From NCBI GenBank assembly GCA_965205975.1, contig OZ242195.1:352001-416000 (forward strand): a stretch of 64,000 nucleotides of DNA. Direction: 5' to 3'. Below, in pieces: positions 58,341 through 64,000 of the stretch; the first letter of the stretch is position 1; each line of letters starts with the position of its first letter. Below the pieces are notes generated by a model. That model saw only the letters and a program-made list of their open reading frames with translations. It did no database searches and had not been told where the DNA came from. The position numbers were made by a program, and so were the translations under genes. This DNA comes from Candidatus Latescibacterota bacterium (GTDB lineage: Bacteria > Latescibacterota > UBA2968).

Positions 58341-59315
58341 GTGGGTTACGATCTCAAAGTTTTTTCGGGCAATACCAATCGGCCATTGGCAGAAGATATT
58401 TGCAATATTCTCGACACTCGGCTTGCCGAAGCCACTGTGACTCGTTTTTCCGGTGGTGAAACACATGTGCAAATTGATGAAAATGTGCGCGGCTGTGATG
58501 TTTTTATTGTTCAACCTATTTGTGCAAACGAAGAAGAAGGCATCTCGCCCAATGACGCCTTGATGGAACTTCTCATCTTGATTGATGCTGCGCGACGCGC
58601 CTCTGCGCGACGCATCACAGCGGTTGTGCCCTATTATGGCTATGCACGGCAGGATCGCAAAGACCGTCCCCGCGTGCCTATCACGGCTAAACTGGTCGCC
58701 AATATGATTTATACCGCTGGAGCGCGGCGAGTTTTAACTCTGGACCTGCACGCCAATCAGATCCAGGGTTTTTTTGACATACCTGTTGACCACCTCTACT
58801 CCATTAACATTTTAGGAGAATACTTCAGGCTAAAAAATTTCAAAGATCTCGTTGTTATGGCACCCGATGTCGGCGGGATAAAAATGGCGCGCGCTTATGC
58901 CGAATTGCTCGGTGCGCCGTTGGCTATTGTAGATAAACGCCGCTGGAGTGGTCAAAAAACCGAGGTTCTGAACGTCATTGGCGAAGTAAAAGACAAAAAT
59001 ATCGTCATTGTTGACGATATTATCTCTACGGGTAGTTCCCTAATCGAAGCCGCCTCTGCACTCAAAGACAAAGGCGCGCGCGATATATGCGCTACCATCG
59101 TCCACCCGGTGCTGGCAGATCCCGCCGTTGAGCGCGTGGAGAATTCCATTCTTACAGAGCTTGTTGTTTCCAATTCTATTCCCGTGCCCAAACGCGCCCA
59201 AAATGGCAAGATCAAAATCCTGTCAGTCGCTCCCATTCTCGCCGAATCCATCCGCCGCATCAACAACGATGAATCCGTCAGCAATCTCTTTGCGAATGCG
59301 AGGGTTGAGGGATGA
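58341..59315 (+). CDS. prs: Ribose-phosphate pyrophosphokinase
   Basis: VPYYGYARQDRK, DLHANQIQGFF, PDVGG, DKRR, VDDIISTG. Confidence 0.96.
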   Translation: MGYDLKVFSGNTNRPLAEDICNILDTRLAEATVTRFSGGETHVQIDENVRGCDVFIVQPICANEEEGISPNDALMELLILIDAARRASARRITAVVPYYGYARQDRKDRPRVPITAKLVANMIYTAGARRVLTLDLHANQIQGFFDIPVDHLYSINILGEYFRLKNFKDLVVMAPDVGGIKMARAYAELLGAPLAIVDKRRWSGQKTEVLNVIGEVKDKNIVIVDDIISTGSSLIEAASALKDKGARDICATIVHPVLADPAVERVENSILTELVVSNSIPVPKRAQNGKIKILSVAPILAESIRRINNDESVSNLFANARVEG

Positions 59316-59404
59316 AATGCGATAGATACAAGGGATTGTGAAAATCCCGCCAGAAAATCTATCCTGATGGGATGGAAAGGTGTTTATAGCGGTGGGGCGC
59401 GGCA

Positions 59405-59716
59405 TCAGGCCAGACCTTTTGCCTTTAAACGTTTGACTAGGGAGGACGGTGAGGTTGCTTTCTGTATTTGATCAACAGATTCCAGCCGCTCTTCAATATC
59501 CCGGTCGAGTTCTGTTTTATGATCCCAATAATATGCCAATGCTGAATGGATCTGGCCCATGCTCAAATAGGGATGTTGGAAATGCAGTTCTTCAGGGCTC
59601 CAGCCATAAGCGAGATGGTTGGTAATTAGTTCAACCACTTTCATTGTTGTGCCTACAATCATTGGCACTTGATCTTCGGTGACCTGAATATGCTCATATT
59701 TCGTTTCGGTTAGCAC
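59405..59716 (-). CDS. DUF433 domain protein (antitoxin-like)
   Basis: P.I.GT.MKV, G.SPEEL...HP.L...QIHSALAYY.DH. Confidence 0.87.
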   Translation of the reverse strand: MLTETKYEHIQVTEDQVPMIVGTTMKVVELITNHLAYGWSPEELHFQHPYLSMGQIHSALAYYWDHKTELDRDIEERLESVDQIQKATSPSSLVKRLKAKGLA

Positions 59717-59775
59717 ACGAGGTTCCCCTCATTAGTACGATTTCTTAATCAACTTTCCTTGAAAAGTCCTGAGAC

Positions 59776-60312
59776 TCATGGTTTGCCGATGTTAAAGCCA
59801 ATCCCCACGGCTGTGCGCAGGGCACTTGCGTCTTCTTCCTCGCCAATGACCCAGCGAACCTCGAACAAAATCTCCATCTTGTTGCCCAACAAGTGTTTTT
59901 CCATGCCGACCATAATAAAGTGAAGCGAGGCCTGGTATTCGTTTTGAAATTCGTTGATGATCAACCGTTCGCGTCGCACCCGATTTACCCCCAACCCACC
60001 GCCCATATACGCATACGCAGTCCCCGATTTATGCGGCCATAAATACTTTAGAAAAGCCCCACCACCTCTCGCTTGAATTTCCGTACCGTCAAGATCCGTT
60101 CCGCTTCCTGTCTCAGCGCCTATTTCGAGGCGGAGATTGGGTATAAATACGGTTGCGATATCTGCTTGAAGCACAAAGAAATGCCGCGTGTCGTTTGCCT
60201 GTACAACGTCTAAACCCACCTTGGTCGCCAGATTGTAGAGCTTAAAACCGGCCTGAGCACTCGTTGTAAAAAAAAGTAAGACCAAAAGTCCGACACCAGC
60301 TAATATCCTCAT
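59776..60312 (-). CDS. Outer-membrane beta-barrel protein
   Basis: Signal peptide; Y.GGGLG motif; C-terminal GIGF. Confidence 0.65.
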   Translation of the reverse strand: MRILAGVGLLVLLFFTTSAQAGFKLYNLATKVGLDVVQANDTRHFFVLQADIATVFIPNLRLEIGAETGSGTDLDGTEIQARGGGAFLKYLWPHKSGTAYAYMGGGLGVNRVRRERLIINEFQNEYQASLHFIMVGMEKHLLGNKMEILFEVRWVIGEEEDASALRTAVGIGFNIGKP

Positions 60313-60356
60313 AATACACTCCTTGCAGCACTTTTTGGCAGTGCCGGATAAATTTT

Positions 60357-60674
60357 CTATCTACGCGACGCCAGTGCTAATTGTTTGAGATAAGAGTAGG
60401 TATAAATTCCCGTATCGTGTCCATCTGTCCACCGAATTTGGATGGCATAATTTCCGACTGGAATAACATCCGACAGATCAGCCGATGGCGTTTGATCCGC
60501 AGTAATCATCTGCAATTGCTCGTCTTGCTTTGCCCGCAGGTCTGCACACAATGCACACGGACAGGCTTTTCGCACGTCGGGCAGTTTCACGCGCAAAATC
60601 CCATCGTCTGCCCAATCCATTTCGAGCCATCCCTCTGCGCGGTCAATGCGAATCCGTCTGGGTTTTTCCGCCAC
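60357..60674 (-). CDS. DUF971 / gamma-butyrobetaine hydroxylase-like N-terminal domain protein
   Basis: R..CPCA.C, VGNYAI...W.DGH.TGIY...YL. Confidence 0.9.
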   Translation of the reverse strand: MAEKPRRIRIDRAEGWLEMDWADDGILRVKLPDVRKACPCALCADLRAKQDEQLQMITADQTPSADLSDVIPVGNYAIQIRWTDGHDTGIYTYSYLKQLALASRR

Positions 60675-60684
60675 GACCTGCCCC

Positions 60685-61377
60685 CTAACGCTTCAACCGA
60701 TGCCTCAACCCCAATTCCTGAAGCAAAATACCATATTGTTCGCGCAGATCGCTTTGCAGGGCAAAGGCGCGGTTATAGGCGATGGCCGCATCTTGAAAAA
60801 AACCCTGAGCAGTCAGAGCACGTCCCATTAAAATATAATTGAGCGCGTGATGGGGCATGCGTTCTGTGGTCTCGCTGGCCATGTCAAGTGCACGCTCTAA
60901 TCGCCCCGTTTTCAGATAAATCCAGCCCAAACCCTGATAGGCTGCGATGATATCGGGGTTCAGGACAAGCCCTTGCTGGTAATATTGCTCTGATAGAATT
61001 ATATCGCCTATTCGCTGATATAAATATCCAAGCGCGACCAGTGCGCTTGCATCGGTCGAGTCGCGGGCAGCCAACTGCTGGCAGGCGTCAATTGCGCGCT
61101 CGAAATTTTCCATTCGCAAATAAGAAGAGATGAGGAGGCGCAATGCTTGTGTGTGTACAGGGTTTTGTTCTAAAATATCGCGCAACGCGACAGCAGCAGC
61201 ACCGGGATTGCCAGCTTCTAGGGAATCGACAACACTTTTCAATGCGGGGTCGAGAATTACAGTCATCGAGTCATCCGAAACCACAACTATCGGTTCACTG
61301 CTTTCAAACATCTCTTGGGCATTGGAATTCTCTGCACCCAAAAGCATAACAACGATTATTCCCAGTCGCAGTATCAT
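60685..61377 (-). CDS. Secreted tetratricopeptide repeat protein
   Basis: Signal peptide; repeated A...LG..Y...G...A TPR units. Confidence 0.85.
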   Translation of the reverse strand: MILRLGIIVVMLLGAENSNAQEMFESSEPIVVVSDDSMTVILDPALKSVVDSLEAGNPGAAAVALRDILEQNPVHTQALRLLISSYLRMENFERAIDACQQLAARDSTDASALVALGYLYQRIGDIILSEQYYQQGLVLNPDIIAAYQGLGWIYLKTGRLERALDMASETTERMPHHALNYILMGRALTAQGFFQDAAIAYNRAFALQSDLREQYGILLQELGLRHRLKR

Positions 61378-61437
61378 ATACTTTCCTGACAGTACCTAAA
61401 AATCGCGTAACGCTTTAGATATGCCCACTCAGCAGAG

Positions 61438-61525
61438 TCGGGAGGCGATGTACAACTGGTCGTTAGACCAGTTCAAAGGATTTCCCTCCTACCATATATC
61501 TGTAGGAGCGGCATCCTTGCCGCGA
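61438..61525. repeat. Pair of GTAG-type REP palindromes, one interrupted by a hairpin insert
   Basis: GTAGGAGCGGCATCCTTGCCGCGA (61502-61525, 23/24 identical to the reverse complement of 11737-11760); minus strand GTAGGAGGGAAATCCTT[insert]TCCCGA (61492-61438). Confidence 0.75.
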
Positions 61526-61533
61526 TCGATTTT

Positions 61534-61855
61534 CCTCTATAGATACGAGGGGCGTCCAGAGTAAGGCCATTGAACGGATGACTTTGGCAAACTCAGTCGA
61601 GTCGTCGCAGTTGTATCCCACACAAAAGGATCGACTATGGGGTACTCAGTAGAGGTATGTGGCAAAATATTATTTGTGCGATATAAGCGCAGGCTTTGGC
61701 GTATAGAAAGGCCCGGCTCGTAAATTTCAATGGCCGGGCGATTGCACCACATCACAAGAACAAGGTCGGGGTCGATCTCGATTCGCTGACAAACCAATTT
61801 GAGTATCAAGTAAACACTCGCCATAAATTTGGTCATAGAGGCCTTTTCTTTTTTT
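61534..61855 (+). ncRNA. Candidate structured non-coding RNA (~310 nt); family not recognised
   Basis: Closing stem CCTCTAT/ATAGAGG followed by a T tract; nested stems with plus-strand G-U pairs; perfect 10-nt long-range complement. Confidence 0.5.
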
Positions 61856-61866
61856 AGCTTCAATCA

Positions 61867-62712
61867 CTAACCGCTCTTGCTGCCAAACGCGGCGACAAAG
61901 TTGAGAAAATCTGTAAAATCAATTGTCCCGCTGCTATCCAGATCCATACTGGCATTAAAACCGTCATCAGATGAAGACTTGCCAAATTGCGCGACAAAGA
62001 GGAGAAAGTCTTGAAATTCAACTTCGCCACTGCTGTCAAAATCACCAGGTAGCATAGTCGGCGGTGGTGGCGGTGGTGGCGGTGGTGGTGGCGTTCCTGT
62101 ATCCGTTGCTTTCGCGAAAGTGATTACGATCCTGATTGGATCATCTGGCGAAACGAACTGAGAAAGCACATTTTGTGCGAGAGGTCTCACACCTTCAGAT
62201 AATGACGCTAATAATTCATCTAAAAGAAGTGGGCGTATGATCTGTAGTGAATCCGCCGTCGCTGTGTACGTATAATTAAGTGGATCTTCATTTTCGCGCG
62301 TTATAGTGAGTGCATGGGTATCAGACGAGACCGTGTAATTGCCTGTGTATTGGCTTGTATCGAGTACAGCGACCGTAAGCGGAACCAATAATACCGCAGA
62401 GATATTGGTCTCTGTCCTGTAGTCAGATTGCACGCTGCCATCTGAACCAAAAGTTATTGTGCCGTTGATTTCGCCTTCAACTGTAAGAGGCTTTACAGCT
62501 TCCACGAGCGCGGCTGGAACATAAGCGTTCAGCCCGATCTTCTCAGCTACCCAGGAGCCGACGATCTCGCCACCTTGCGGCGTGGGCGTTTCTGGTATCA
62601 GTCCCGCATCTGCCTGTCCAAATGTTATGAACGCCGTTATAAGTAAAACGCAGTTTCTCAATACCTTAAACTGCCATTTTTTGACCGCGACGCCAAATTT
62701 TGACCCTTTCAT
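61867..62712 (-). CDS. Secreted protein: lipocalin-like beta domain, poly-Pro linker, C-terminal dockerin/EF-hand-like tag
   Basis: Signal peptide; IVGSW; 11 consecutive Pro; GDFDSSGEVEFQDF..F...DLDSSGTIDFTDF..F. Confidence 0.8.
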   Translation of the reverse strand: MKGSKFGVAVKKWQFKVLRNCVLLITAFITFGQADAGLIPETPTPQGGEIVGSWVAEKIGLNAYVPAALVEAVKPLTVEGEINGTITFGSDGSVQSDYRTETNISAVLLVPLTVAVLDTSQYTGNYTVSSDTHALTITRENEDPLNYTYTATADSLQIIRPLLLDELLASLSEGVRPLAQNVLSQFVSPDDPIRIVITFAKATDTGTPPPPPPPPPPPTMLPGDFDSSGEVEFQDFLLFVAQFGKSSSDDGFNASMDLDSSGTIDFTDFLNFVAAFGSKSG

Positions 62713-62863
62713 ATCCCTCCTCCAGTGTTTATTCGGTTCTTCTAAAACGCACGATTACTTTTCAATTTACGCAATTCGCGTGTCTCCTGCAATACTTAAC
62801 TCATGTTGTGAAATTTTTCATCGCGTGCTATCTTGCAAAACAACACTTGCGAAAGGAGCGCGT

Positions 62864-63808
62864 ATGCAATATCGAGTTCTCGTCGATGTCGATCTTCCAG
62901 ATGAAATTCCAGATATGATGAATAATCGCTGTGAACTTTACATTTTGGCGCACGGCGATGTTTCAGATGATAAATTCGCGTCTGCACAAGGGCTGCTCAC
63001 TTATGGACACCCGATTATCGATGGTGATTTTATGGATCGCATGCCCAATTTGAAAATTATCAGCAATTTTGGTGTTGGCGTAGATCACATTGATCTATCA
63101 GCGGCCAAACAGCGCGGGATTCCAGTGGGCAATACACCCAATATGCTCGATGGCGCGACAGCCGATATGACCTTTGCAATGCTCATGGCTGCCGCCCGCA
63201 ATATCGTTATTGGTGACCGCTTTGCCCGTAGTGCGGCTTTTTCGCACTACGATCCGCGCATTTTGATCGGTCACGAAATCCACGGTACAACATTGGGTAT
63301 TATCGGTATGGGCAATATCGGCAGGCAGGTTGCGCGACGATCGCAGGGGTTTGACATGAATGTGCTCTATCACAATCGAAAACCCGATCCCAAAGCCGAG
63401 ATTGAGTTAGGCGCGACTTATGTATCTCTCAATGATTTGCTCGAACAATCGGATTTTGTCACTTTGAATGTGCCGCTGACTGAGGAAACGCGAAATATGA
63501 TTGGTCGAGAGCAACTCAGGCGGATGAAAAGAACCGCCATACTGGTCAATCTGGCGCGCGGAGGTGTTATCGATCACGACGCACTCGTAGAAGCTCTTGA
63601 GAATAATTGGATCGCGGTTGCCGCGCTCGATGTGACCGAGCCAGAACCGCTTCCACGCGATCATCCGCTTCTGTCTATGGACAATGTGGTTATCGTTCCC
63701 CACCTGGGCAGTGCCACACGCCAGACGCGCATGGCAATGGCCCAGCGTACGGTAGATAATCTTATAGCTGGACTCACAGATCAGCCATTGATCACTTATG
63801 TAGTGTAA
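62864..63808 (+). CDS. D-2-hydroxyacid dehydrogenase (glyoxylate reductase/D-glycerate dehydrogenase)
   Basis: GVGVDHID, GIIGMGNIG, N.ARG, LDVTEPEP, PHLGSAT; AAGGAG RBS. Confidence 0.93.
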   Translation: MQYRVLVDVDLPDEIPDMMNNRCELYILAHGDVSDDKFASAQGLLTYGHPIIDGDFMDRMPNLKIISNFGVGVDHIDLSAAKQRGIPVGNTPNMLDGATADMTFAMLMAAARNIVIGDRFARSAAFSHYDPRILIGHEIHGTTLGIIGMGNIGRQVARRSQGFDMNVLYHNRKPDPKAEIELGATYVSLNDLLEQSDFVTLNVPLTEETRNMIGREQLRRMKRTAILVNLARGGVIDHDALVEALENNWIAVAALDVTEPEPLPRDHPLLSMDNVVIVPHLGSATRQTRMAMAQRTVDNLIAGLTDQPLITYVV

Positions 63809-63879
63809 GATAGGTGCTATTAGGGGGCGTGAGGAAGGTATATCAATCAGAAGGAAGAGGATGTTCGGAGGAGGTGCCT

Positions 63880-63999
63880 TCACATCTCACTCAATTCAAT
63901 GCGTTGACCGGTATCATTTGACCTGTATGCCGCTTCAATGATTCTGGCGACTTTTAAGGCATCTTCTCCAGTGGTTGGGGCCGTACCTTTACCCGCAGT
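63880..63999 (-). CDS. C-terminus of a probable Gfo/Idh/MocA oxidoreductase (partial; continues beyond the window)
   Basis: ...PTTGEDALKVARIIEAAYRSNDTGQRIEL..* pattern. Confidence 0.65.
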   Translation of the reverse strand, partial: TAGKGTAPTTGEDALKVARIIEAAYRSNDTGQRIELSEM

Positions 64000-64000
64000 A

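Noticed and set aside
61549..61823. tmRNA, group I intron or lysine riboswitch reading of the second RNA candidate
   Set aside because: GGGGCG...CGCCA ends lack a T-arm and tag ORF; P7 elements are not in the right order; no GCCGAA core after GTAGAGGT
61537..61863. 108-aa minus-strand ORF
   Set aside because: Weak start, no recognisable domain, and base-pairing asymmetry favours plus-strand RNA; not fully excluded

Overview
Gene-dense bacterial chromosomal window, about 60 CDSs. The gene content (NHL/FG-GAP secreted protein, dockerin-like C-terminal tags, several sulfatases, TauD/PhyH dioxygenases, Gfo/Idh/MocA and DapA paralogues) resembles Latescibacterota/Gemmatimonadota-type, possibly sponge-associated, bacteria; this taxonomy is inference only. 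Housekeeping genes (tsaC, recD2, cinA, purM, trmY, nadA, mraY, hisI, prs) are interspersed with catabolic and envelope genes, an AT-rich type II restriction-modification pair (Bpu10I-family endonuclease plus amino-MTase), a HicBA-like pair beside an IS3-family remnant, and REP/MITE-like repeats. No rRNA, tRNA, CRISPR array, intact transposase or reverse transcriptase was seen. The most interesting signals are missed by the ORF track: (1) a ~300-nt minus-strand structured RNA candidate at ~7805-8109 with its own sigma70 promoter, G-U-biased stems and a pseudoknot; (2) a second ~310-nt multi-stem RNA candidate at 61534-61855; (3) a UGA-containing peroxiredoxin-like probable selenoprotein with a UxxS motif and an internal duplication (40723-41316); (4) a His-rich leader peptide and attenuator upstream of hisI; (5) an Lcp/MpaB-like oxygenase + MMPL/RND + LolA-like + beta-barrel module; (6) a Tat-exported tailspike-like beta-helix protein. 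All calls are from reading the sequence; no database search or folding program was run.
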